Of a stretch of 64,000 nt of DNA, positions 46,222-54,282 are shown in pieces. The stretch spans positions 13,849 through 77,848 of the forward strand of contig JAYZLP010000020.1 of the NCBI GenBank assembly GCA_036154155.1, given 5' to 3'. The position numbers were made by a program, and so were the translations under genes. This stretch comes from Thermoplasmatota archaeon (GTDB lineage: Archaea > Thermoplasmatota > Poseidoniia > Poseidoniales > Thalassarchaeaceae). The notes under the pieces are model-generated. The model worked only from the letters and a program-made list of their open reading frames with translations. It was not told the origin of the DNA and ran no database searches. Each line of letters opens with the position of its first letter. Position 1 is the first letter of the stretch.

Positions 46222-47289
46222 TCACTCCTCAGAAAGAGAGACAATGTCCAGAAGGAACTCCGAGGGGTCCCAGTTGATGCCAGAATAAGCTACTCTTTTC
46301 CTCATCTGCTTGTCAATAATGAAAGTGGTCGTTGAGTGCCCTACCTCATACTGGCCAAGTGATTCGCCATGGGGGTCCGTGGAGCCCTCTGCCGAACTAT
46401 CCCCCGAGCCCTCTATTACGCAGGACAGCCAATCTCCATCCGGTCGTTCGTAGCCTTCGTCACACATGCAGTGGGCATTGGAACCTGAGCCCATAATCCA
46501 ACCGTGGTTATTGCAATCAGAGCCCGGGGGCATCACACTCAGGTTCGCATTGCTGGCCACCCATGCCAAATGGGTATCAGATGTCATTTCAATCGAATCA
46601 AGTCCACCGGGGTATTCCACCCAGGTTTCGTTAGTTATGTCCCAGGAATGAAGGTCCCAATCCCAGGTTTCGTTAGACTCCCAGCCTCCAATTTCCCCGC
46701 TCGAGAAGTTGTAACTAGTATTTGCTTCCACTAATGCCCCCTCGATATATTCGGTACCGTTCATTCCCGATCCCGTAGTGTCTTGCACCAAGGTTGAATT
46801 GTCAGGGAAAAGCACAACCAATCTGTTGAGGCTGTCTTCCGGGGGCTCACTGGCTGCTATGTGCTCGTTGTCCACAATCACATTCCACGATCTGTAAATT
46901 CCCTGAAGTTCAGAAACCGGGCCAGTCAAGTGAGGCCAGCCATATCCCCTCTCCTCGGTCCATTCGGATAAGTGATCGATTGTGTCCCTCGCCGGGTCGA
47001 TGGTTACCGAGACAATCACCACTTCATCGGAATGCCCCCCAAGATTCTCATTGACGTAGTCTAGATTAGACGAAATCACCAAACAAACATCGGGGCAATA
47101 AGTGTAAACAAAGGCTACCACAATCACCTTTCCCTGGTTATCGGAGAGTCTGAACACGTCCCCGTTCTGATCGAATAGGGCGAAATCAGGAGCATCTGGA
47201 GGGTCCTTGTATTCAATCCCAAGAATCTCAATTGACTCGTTTGAGTCTCCTAAGCACCCTGGGGCTAGGATGGACAATGTGATTAGCAA
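46222..47289 (-). CDS. senC: SCO1/SenC-family copper chaperone (thioredoxin fold) with large Cys/His-rich insertion, lipoprotein-like signal
   Basis: FVYTYCPDVCLV (CxxxC), HLTGP. The fold closes with FIIDKQMRKRVAY..; insertion CNNHGWIMGSGSNAHCMCDEGY. Confidence 0.7.
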   Translation of the reverse strand: MLITLSILAPGCLGDSNESIEILGIEYKDPPDAPDFALFDQNGDVFRLSDNQGKVIVVAFVYTYCPDVCLVISSNLDYVNENLGGHSDEVVIVSVTIDPARDTIDHLSEWTEERGYGWPHLTGPVSELQGIYRSWNVIVDNEHIAASEPPEDSLNRLVVLFPDNSTLVQDTTGSGMNGTEYIEGALVEANTSYNFSSGEIGGWESNETWDWDLHSWDITNETWVEYPGGLDSIEMTSDTHLAWVASNANLSVMPPGSDCNNHGWIMGSGSNAHCMCDEGYERPDGDWLSCVIEGSGDSSAEGSTDPHGESLGQYEVGHSTTTFIIDKQMRKRVAYSGINWDPSEFLLDIVSLSEE

Positions 47290-47318
47290 GACCTTTATTT
47301 TCGAAATAAGATAACCTC

Positions 47319-48068
47319 CTACTCATCAATTAGTAGCATAACGTCCTCTAATGCCAACTCAACATTCCAGTCCATGTCTCCCCACCAGACCCTCTGGTTC
47401 ATCTGCTTGTCCACAATGATGGTACCAGTCGTGTGGTCCACCCAATATTCATGGCTCCCGACGTGCTTAACCGAAACATCCCCATCATCCCCTTGCTGGG
47501 TCTCTAGTCCACATCCGTGGTCATCTACTTGCTCTCCTTCGGGTGTTTCGACACAAGTGTCAAATCCATCTGCAACACCATCTCCATCTGTATCGGTGTC
47601 GTACGCAGTAAGGCCCACATCAAACTCCAACCAAACCTCCTCTAGATCGCTCAAATTACCCGTTAGGTGTGGCCACTCAAGGCCCCTTTGCTCCGAGTAA
47701 TCTGCCAATATTGTGTGGTTGTCTGTCCATGGGTCGACGGTAATACTGAGAATCTCAACAGTTTCTCCGTATTCCTCACCCAGCAGCATCTGCAAGTAGT
47801 CAAGATTAGCACTGACTATCGGGCAAATGTCAGGGCATCGAGTGAAAAGGAATGCAATCACAACGACCTTGCCCTCGTACTGCGAGAATGAGAAGTACTC
47901 CCCATTCTGATCGATTAGGAGAAAGTCTGAAACTGGAACCGGCGGGTTGATGTCCTCCCCATAGAAAACATCAGAGTCTTCGTTCCCGAGGCATCCTGGG
48001 AGGGCGATCATTAGTACGGCACAATACGCCCAAAACCTACTCATCTGACTCCCCCTTCTTGCGTGCAA
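47319..48068 (-). CDS. senC: SCO1/SenC-family copper chaperone paralog with Asp-rich (DTDTDGDGVADGFD) insertion
   Basis: FLFTRCPDICPIV (CxxxC), HLTGN, IIVDKQMNQRVWW. Confidence 0.7.
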   Translation of the reverse strand: MHARRGSQMSRFWAYCAVLMIALPGCLGNEDSDVFYGEDINPPVPVSDFLLIDQNGEYFSFSQYEGKVVVIAFLFTRCPDICPIVSANLDYLQMLLGEEYGETVEILSITVDPWTDNHTILADYSEQRGLEWPHLTGNLSDLEEVWLEFDVGLTAYDTDTDGDGVADGFDTCVETPEGEQVDDHGCGLETQQGDDGDVSVKHVGSHEYWVDHTTGTIIVDKQMNQRVWWGDMDWNVELALEDVMLLIDE

Positions 48069-48561
48069 TAATTACTATTGCTAGTCCCAAGAGAATCAGT
48101 GATAGAGGGGAGAAATCAGAATCATTGCCGGCCGCTGCATCGTCTTGGTCATTGTTGAATGAGTAGCTCCCTGGGGCCACATTTTCAGTGTGGTTGTCTA
48201 GTAATATACTCAGGCTAAGTGTTTTCCAAATAGTGCCATTCGAGAAAATCTGAATTTCATAGTCTCCGGATGTCCAATTTATCGGGTCCAGCCAAACTCT
48301 GCACTCGTCATCCGTGCTTGTAGAAGATGGCCCTGCCGTGCAATCAATCTCGTATACTCCATCCGCCCCTATGTCCAACGTTATGACTCTCTCGAAGTCA
48401 ACCACATTGTAGAAAATCAATGTGTCATTCTGCAGTACCTGTGCTGATTCTGGCTGCAAACTCTCTCCTCTCATGACGAAGGCGAATGTGTTGGCCCCAT
48501 GAGCGGACACGGTTGGAGCGATCAACATCACAATCGCCAATGAGACAAGTATCCTTCTCAT
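48037..48561 (-). CDS. Small secreted protein, predicted mature N-terminal His, C-terminal TM anchor (putative CopC-like metal-binding protein)
   Basis: Signal MRRILVSLAIVMLIAPTVSA then HGANTF...; beta-rich; C-terminal LSLILLGLAIVIIARKKGESDE. Confidence 0.5.
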   Translation of the reverse strand: MRRILVSLAIVMLIAPTVSAHGANTFAFVMRGESLQPESAQVLQNDTLIFYNVVDFERVITLDIGADGVYEIDCTAGPSSTSTDDECRVWLDPINWTSGDYEIQIFSNGTIWKTLSLSILLDNHTENVAPGSYSFNNDQDDAAAGNDSDFSPLSLILLGLAIVIIARKKGESDE

Positions 48562-50519
48562 TCGTCACTAGCCTCCGCTGACCAAAGCGGAGGGTAGTTG
48601 TATCGAGGGTCAAAATCCTCATCGAACTGCACAACATAGATGCCGCTCACCATCTCTGAAATGAATACAAATCCCCTCGGATCATACTGCAGACCCCAGT
48701 CGAATGGAATCATGCATGAAGCCCAACAATCCGCCATATCGTATCCTAGTGTGTTAGTTGGGTCTTCAATCCACGTAGGTCCGGCTGGAAGGTAGTAACC
48801 AAGGGTGTGCGTTGGAGCTAGCTCCTCAATGCATTTGAACCCGCATTCGGGATTTGGGGACCCGCCAGTCCACACTATCTCTTCCCAAATTTTCCCGTGG
48901 TCAGTCAACCAGTTTCCAGCATGGTAGTGAGTCCAATAGACGTGTCCATTGACTCCTGTATCGCCATTGTGCGGGCTGAAAATGTATCCTCCGGGGATAT
49001 AGTGCTGCGGGTGTTTGGAGCCGTTGGCCAAGGTCCCCTCCCCCGGCAGTCTCCATTTGGATACGAGGAATGGCATTGTGGGGTCAGTAGTATCGATTGT
49101 CCACAGGAATCCCGTATGGCCCGGGTTGCTGCCATATTCGGGAGCAATAATGGTGTAGTGGCGCCAGTTCCCCCCGTAAGTCGCGTCTTCCGGTCCAGTG
49201 CCACATTCCGATGGCCACTTGGACTGGGGCACGTACTCACTAATTCCATTGCAGACCAAGTGGTCGTATGGAACTGCGTAGTGTATGTTGTCGTTGCCCT
49301 GCTCAGCATCTAGCCATTCTTCGGGAGTCATATTGGCATGACCTCCTCCGTCGGGGCCATACCATCCTGAGTCATCAGTAGGGCACCCCAGCCATCTGCC
49401 AACTTCTGGCGGCCAGGAGACTCCAAGTGGATCAGCTACCGAGGGAGGCTCACTGACGTCCACTATTCGAAGACCAGCTCCCCAATAAGAGGCCACAAGC
49501 AGCCGTTGCTTTGTGATAGGGTGAACGAAGTAAACGTGATCGTGATTGAATATCGACCCGCCGCAAGTGGTGTAAGGCTCGGGCGTGTATCCGCCCCACC
49601 TGAGTATTTCCCTGCTGGAATTATCGCCAGTGATCCAAGAGTCGAAACCATTAGGCACGTAGAATACCTGAGTCCCTTTGTAGAATGTTCCGCTACTGCC
49701 TTCAACCATTTCCGGATATGGGTCTGCGCCGAAAAGGAACAGGCTGCATTCTTCATAGGGGTCAAAGGCACCATCCCAGTCGCAATAAACCGCTAGGTCT
49801 TGATTGTGGAATCCGGCTGGCGGGTTGTTCCACTCAGCTACCTTCACAGGACGAGTTTTGTCTCTTACATCAATAACATCGAGCCTGTTAGTTCCACTGT
49901 TTGCATCATCGTCATTAGGTATCGGGTCCAGTTCGCTGTTCGTCAACTCATGGTTCACAAGGACCCAGTTGTTGTCCTTTGTTACCTTTATGTCAATCAT
50001 TCTGGCAACTTCTGCGTAATAGGTGGATAGCAAAATTATGTTATTGGGCTCACTGATATCGAGAATCTCGAATTGGTTGTAGCTAGAAACGTACGCATAG
50101 CAGCCACCAGTTCCATCGCCGTATATCTCGCAGTCCTCATGGAAGTTGCCTTCGATAGCTATCTCTGAGTTGTCCCCCGGTGTCGGTCCGACATTCTTGA
50201 ATTCCTCATCACAAGGCCTACCGGCAGTATCGTCAAGTTCCGCCGGCGGCTTAACATTGCCATCGCAATTCAGATTGTGGTAGTCGATAAGAACCGCATT
50301 CTCAGTCCATAGCCGGTGGGAGAATAAATCATTGTGAGAGTGATTTCCGTCCTCAATCTCCGTCACCGGATCTATCCAGCCAGAGTCCCCTCCTTCATTT
50401 CCACCTGAATCATCCAATATCGACAAGCATCCAGACAGTGGAGCTAGAACCATCAATCCGACCATTACCAAGCACGGACTAACCCGCATGCCCCGACGCG
50501 CGCGACCAACGCCTATCAA
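48558..50519 (-). CDS. LVIVD-repeat beta-propeller lipoprotein
   Basis: Lipobox LAPLSGC; repeats LVASYWGAGLRIVDVSEPPS etc. Confidence 0.65.
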   Translation of the reverse strand: MIGVGRARRGMRVSPCLVMVGLMVLAPLSGCLSILDDSGGNEGGDSGWIDPVTEIEDGNHSHNDLFSHRLWTENAVLIDYHNLNCDGNVKPPAELDDTAGRPCDEEFKNVGPTPGDNSEIAIEGNFHEDCEIYGDGTGGCYAYVSSYNQFEILDISEPNNIILLSTYYAEVARMIDIKVTKDNNWVLVNHELTNSELDPIPNDDDANSGTNRLDVIDVRDKTRPVKVAEWNNPPAGFHNQDLAVYCDWDGAFDPYEECSLFLFGADPYPEMVEGSSGTFYKGTQVFYVPNGFDSWITGDNSSREILRWGGYTPEPYTTCGGSIFNHDHVYFVHPITKQRLLVASYWGAGLRIVDVSEPPSVADPLGVSWPPEVGRWLGCPTDDSGWYGPDGGGHANMTPEEWLDAEQGNDNIHYAVPYDHLVCNGISEYVPQSKWPSECGTGPEDATYGGNWRHYTIIAPEYGSNPGHTGFLWTIDTTDPTMPFLVSKWRLPGEGTLANGSKHPQHYIPGGYIFSPHNGDTGVNGHVYWTHYHAGNWLTDHGKIWEEIVWTGGSPNPECGFKCIEELAPTHTLGYYLPAGPTWIEDPTNTLGYDMADCWASCMIPFDWGLQYDPRGFVFISEMVSGIYVVQFDEDFDPRYNYPPLWSAEASDE

Positions 50520-50554
50520 ATTCCCCTTTTGTGGGGCGCGGCCCTAAAGGGCCG

Positions 50555-52300
50555 TCAGAACGTCGAAACTGGCCCATAGGGCTTGTCAATGTCCAATTGA
50601 ACGATGTATAGGCCACTAGTGATACAGGACAGGTATGTGTAACCTTCATGATATTCGGCAGCCCATAGGAAAGGAGTCCAACCGAAGTCATAGAACGCAC
50701 TATCCAAGGGAGTCCCATCAGCACCATGAGGCAGGTGGAAGCCAACCGTGGAGTCCATGTGAACGGCCGTTTTGTTCTCGTCTGAGAGTCCAGCAACCAT
50801 GAGTGTCTCGATATCTACTATCCATAGTCCAGCGTGGTAGCTAGACAAGTATATCCTGCCGTCCCAAGCACCACCGTGGCTATTGTCTGGAAGTCCTGGT
50901 AGACCAGTCTGGAAAATCTGAGTATCTGCGTTATGGGGGCTGAAAAGTAACCACTCTTCCCCGTCCGGTATGTGGTGGTCCCAAGCAAAGGGAATTTCCC
51001 ACCCATGGATCAATTCGGGTTTGAATCTGAGATTTCCATTTACCATTTCATATCCGGTTGTATCTAGAAGGTAGCCCATCCCAGTTCCTACGGTGGTGCT
51101 CAATACTTCTGTGGCGATAATGGTGAGGTGACGCTTACCGACCGGGTATCCAAGGTGACTAGCATCCACCATGTCATCAATCGGCTCTGCGTAGTGGATG
51201 TAAGATGCCCTCCCTCCGTTTTCATTGCTGGTACATCCGCAGTCTATCTCTCCATCACCATCGAAGTCTTCGAACTCCATCCACTGCCCAACCTCTGGTG
51301 CCCTCCAAAGGCAACCAGCCTGGGAACCTCCAGAAGCTCTACACAATGAGCCGTGCCAGAGGTATTCTGCAAGATCCTTTCCTGGATGGGGCACATCCGA
51401 AACGTCGAAGATCCTGAGTCCCGCTTCCCAATAAGCTCCGTAGACATAGGTCCTGGCAAAACGTGGATCATTCGAGTCCTCGCCTGGCCACGTTTGCACC
51501 GTCATATCGTGGATGTAGATCCATCCCCCAAGAGTAGACTCCCACGAAACTTCAGCCTCTCCAAGCTTCACAATCCTAGGCAGATCTCCATAAGCAGCGA
51601 AATTCAGATGTGCAATTGTAATGCCGCCGCATGCATCGCCCTGCCCTACATCGCATGATTCGTAGTCCGGATTAGCGACAAAGATGTACCATTCGTTGTC
51701 GATCATGTGAGTGTAAAGGTTGTGTGGGCCACTCGGGTGGTCAAAGTCGTACCATGAATCCACCCAGCTCGGATTAGACTTGTCCGTGACATCCACTAGT
51801 GTCACTGTGACCTGAGCTGGGTCCTCCCAAGATCCAACATTGGGATCTGCTGCCCCGGGGTCAACAAGCTGATTCTGCACGATTACATATTCCCTAGCAT
51901 TGTATTCCAGATATTTGACATCCAAGACCTGTGTGTTCGGGTCGTAGTAAACCCCAGTAACTGTTGTATTGTATGGATCAGTCACATCGACGATATGCAT
52001 TTCTGACCATCCTGCAATGTATGCATATGTTTTCCCATCAGGGGAGTCTGCAACTTGGACCTCGGCATTACCCGGGGCTGTAAGTGGATTGTAGCTAACT
52101 GGCAATATATTATCCGTGTAAAGAATATGCTGACTAGCGTTTCTATGATCATGCCCCTCTTCCTGGATCAGTGGGTCCTCCATTCCTTCGACAATCGTAG
52201 CACTATCTTCGGTTTCCTCTATCAGCATAATCGACGCCACAACTGCCGCCAAAACACAACCTGCAAAGGCCAGTGCCAGAACTATCCTCCCGGACTCCAC
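50555..52300 (-). CDS. LVIVD-repeat beta-propeller protein (paralog)
   Basis: Signal anchor; IAGWSEMHIVDVTDP, GAYWEAGLRIFDVSDVPHP, SYHAGLWIVDIETL. Confidence 0.65.
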   Translation of the reverse strand: MESGRIVLALAFAGCVLAAVVASIMLIEETEDSATIVEGMEDPLIQEEGHDHRNASQHILYTDNILPVSYNPLTAPGNAEVQVADSPDGKTYAYIAGWSEMHIVDVTDPYNTTVTGVYYDPNTQVLDVKYLEYNAREYVIVQNQLVDPGAADPNVGSWEDPAQVTVTLVDVTDKSNPSWVDSWYDFDHPSGPHNLYTHMIDNEWYIFVANPDYESCDVGQGDACGGITIAHLNFAAYGDLPRIVKLGEAEVSWESTLGGWIYIHDMTVQTWPGEDSNDPRFARTYVYGAYWEAGLRIFDVSDVPHPGKDLAEYLWHGSLCRASGGSQAGCLWRAPEVGQWMEFEDFDGDGEIDCGCTSNENGGRASYIHYAEPIDDMVDASHLGYPVGKRHLTIIATEVLSTTVGTGMGYLLDTTGYEMVNGNLRFKPELIHGWEIPFAWDHHIPDGEEWLLFSPHNADTQIFQTGLPGLPDNSHGGAWDGRIYLSSYHAGLWIVDIETLMVAGLSDENKTAVHMDSTVGFHLPHGADGTPLDSAFYDFGWTPFLWAAEYHEGYTYLSCITSGLYIVQLDIDKPYGPVSTF

Positions 52301-52354
52301 GACTCACGGGACACTGGCGGTCATGTTGAAGCCATCGCACCCCTACGGAGGGTC

Positions 52355-52945
52355 ATGAGGGCATCCGAGGTAGTGTTAGCTTCCCTCATCGTAATACTGC
52401 TGGCAACTCCTGTTACAGCTCACGAGCCGAAGGAATATACAATGCTGTTGAAGGAAGAGGGAGTGACTCCAAGTGGGGTTCAATATGGCATACTGGTTGC
52501 TACCGACTACTTGTTCTTCTACAATGTAGATAGCAGGGAAAACACTTCCCACAGGATTCTGATTGACGCCGATTCCGATGGGATTTTCAATGGTGCGGAT
52601 GATATTTCCACAGCGTGGCTTTATCCTTCCTGCGAGTTAAACGAGACCGGCCAAAGGATCGACCCAGATTGCCAGGTCACTGAATTGGTTCTCTTGGACC
52701 CCTCCAACGGGCTAATCCCCGGCAATATCTCAATGATGCACCAGATATTGCACAACGGAACAACGCATGACTCAGTTTTCGTGGTTTCATTCTCTAATGA
52801 CGACCATTCCACACAACCCGTCTCAAACGACGAATCGGAGCAGGAAATTGAGAATGACTCCTCTAGTCAGATTCTGAAGTCAGTCCTTCTACTATCTCTG
52901 GTAGGGATGGCCGTATTGTTGCCTAAGCTACTATCCGATGGCTAG
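52355..52945 (+). CDS. Small secreted protein, predicted mature N-terminal His, C-terminal TM anchor
   Basis: MRASEVVLASLIVILLATPVTA then HEPKEY...; C-terminal ILKSVLLLSLVGMAVLLPKLLSDG. Start trimmed because the upstream part of the ORF overlaps the LVIVD gene. Confidence 0.5.
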   Translation: MRASEVVLASLIVILLATPVTAHEPKEYTMLLKEEGVTPSGVQYGILVATDYLFFYNVDSRENTSHRILIDADSDGIFNGADDISTAWLYPSCELNETGQRIDPDCQVTELVLLDPSNGLIPGNISMMHQILHNGTTHDSVFVVSFSNDDHSTQPVSNDESEQEIENDSSSQILKSVLLLSLVGMAVLLPKLLSDG

Positions 52946-53003
52946 TGAAACACACTGGTTCAATGGGTGCCCTCAAGAACCCATGACCTCCCCGGATATT
53001 CAG

Positions 53004-53080
53004 GGGCGCTTAGCTCAGCTTGGAAGAGCGCCTGGTTTGCAACCAGGCGGCCGGGGGTTCAAATCCCCCAGCGTCCACCA
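53004..53080 (+). tRNA. tRNA-Ala (anticodon TGC), CCA encoded
   Basis: gggcgct-ta-gctc-agcttggaa-gagc-g-cctgg-ttTGCaa-ccagg-cggcc-ggggg-ttcaaat-ccccc-agcgtcc-a-cca, G3:U70 pair present. Confidence 0.85.
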
Positions 53081-53098
53081 TTATTTTCTAAATCGGGA

Positions 53099-54124
53099 CT
53101 ATTGGTTCTCTCTGATTTCCAGCATCTGATTGAGAATCTTGAGAAGGCCTCTGAGAGTTACTTCGCTGATCCCAGCAACCTTGCAGACGTCGCTCTGGGT
53201 CCTAGGGGAGCTACTTTCTTGGGATGATTTGTAGAGGAGGACACCCGCAATCCCCGAGGGCTTCTTTCCTTGCCATGAAAGGTCATCTTTCACCAAATCC
53301 CATTTCTCTCTCACGTTCCCAAGTACAACAGGGGGCAAGCCGAGGTCAGAGTGGAACTTCTCAAAGTACTCTTCCGGACCAGTAATGTGATGCGCGCCTA
53401 GGGTTCTTGCTACTAGCCTAATGGTCCTCTTGAGCTCTTTGACTTCAACATCCTTCGTCATGTCAAAGGCCTCCGCAACCTCTTCTATTTTACGAGGGAT
53501 CTCCGCCTCCCTGGCAGCAACATATACGCAGGCGGCAGAAACTCCTCGAATACTCCTTCCAGTTACCAATCCCCTTTCCACAGCATGCCTGTAAAGTCCC
53601 GCGGCCTGTTGCTCAATCTGAGGGGGCAGGTCCCCTCTGTCCCTGATGAACTGCATGGCCCTGGACAGGTTCCTGCTACGGCTATCCCGCGTTTTGCTTC
53701 TCTGGTCAATTCGTTGCCTCCTCCTCCAGTCTCGAAGTGCCTTGCCAGACATCCCATGCCTCTTTGCCGAACCCGAGGTTAGGTCGGATCGCCTGATTTC
53801 AGTCGATAGCCCCTTGTCAGAAAGTGTGAGAGTAGTTGGAGCGCCAACCCTGCTTCTATCGTCCCCTCCCGAATGGTTGGTCCACTCTGCGCCAGGGTCG
53901 ATCATATTCTCAGCAGCAACGTATCCGCAGTCCGAACATGACGTCTCCCCTCTGATGTCATCATGGTCCCATGAGTTCGAGCCGCAGACCTTGCAAGGCC
54001 CGGTAACTTCCTCAGTCCCTCTGCTCCTAGAAGGTCGCCTCGATGGAACAATGGAACTCCTTCTAGCAGTTCTGCTAGAGGGATCCATTTTCTTTCCGGC
54101 TTGCTTCGCAGTGTCCCTTTCCAT
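53099..54124 (-). CDS. tfb: Transcription initiation factor IIB (TFB) with ~40-aa basic N-terminal extension
   Basis: Zn ribbon CKVCGS..CSDCGY, then two cyclin-like repeats. Confidence 0.85.
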   Translation of the reverse strand: MERDTAKQAGKKMDPSSRTARRSSIVPSRRPSRSRGTEEVTGPCKVCGSNSWDHDDIRGETSCSDCGYVAAENMIDPGAEWTNHSGGDDRSRVGAPTTLTLSDKGLSTEIRRSDLTSGSAKRHGMSGKALRDWRRRQRIDQRSKTRDSRSRNLSRAMQFIRDRGDLPPQIEQQAAGLYRHAVERGLVTGRSIRGVSAACVYVAAREAEIPRKIEEVAEAFDMTKDVEVKELKRTIRLVARTLGAHHITGPEEYFEKFHSDLGLPPVVLGNVREKWDLVKDDLSWQGKKPSGIAGVLLYKSSQESSSPRTQSDVCKVAGISEVTLRGLLKILNQMLEIRENQ

Positions 54125-54282
54125 CTTCTCAACTCGCAGTTGTATAGTGACGACCTCATTATTTAAATCTTTCTAATTATTGTTTGTCCTCATCTGCCTC
54201 ATTAGAACAAGCCACCGAATGAGTCATTACCATTGTATTCGCACTCCCGAAACTTATTGCATCTCCTCTACTCGCTATCTCC

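Noticed and set aside
50541-50554. Hairpin ggccctaaagggcc immediately downstream of the LVIVD2 stop as a terminator
   Set aside because: No following T-tract on the transcribed strand. Archaeal termination normally needs oligo-T, so the signal is weak.
44125-53080. Interpretation of the secreted-protein block as a tRNA-Ala-integrated mobile island
   Set aside because: No integrase, no direct repeat of the tRNA 3' end, and no obvious compositional shift visible by eye. Kept as a functional cluster and not called a mobile element.
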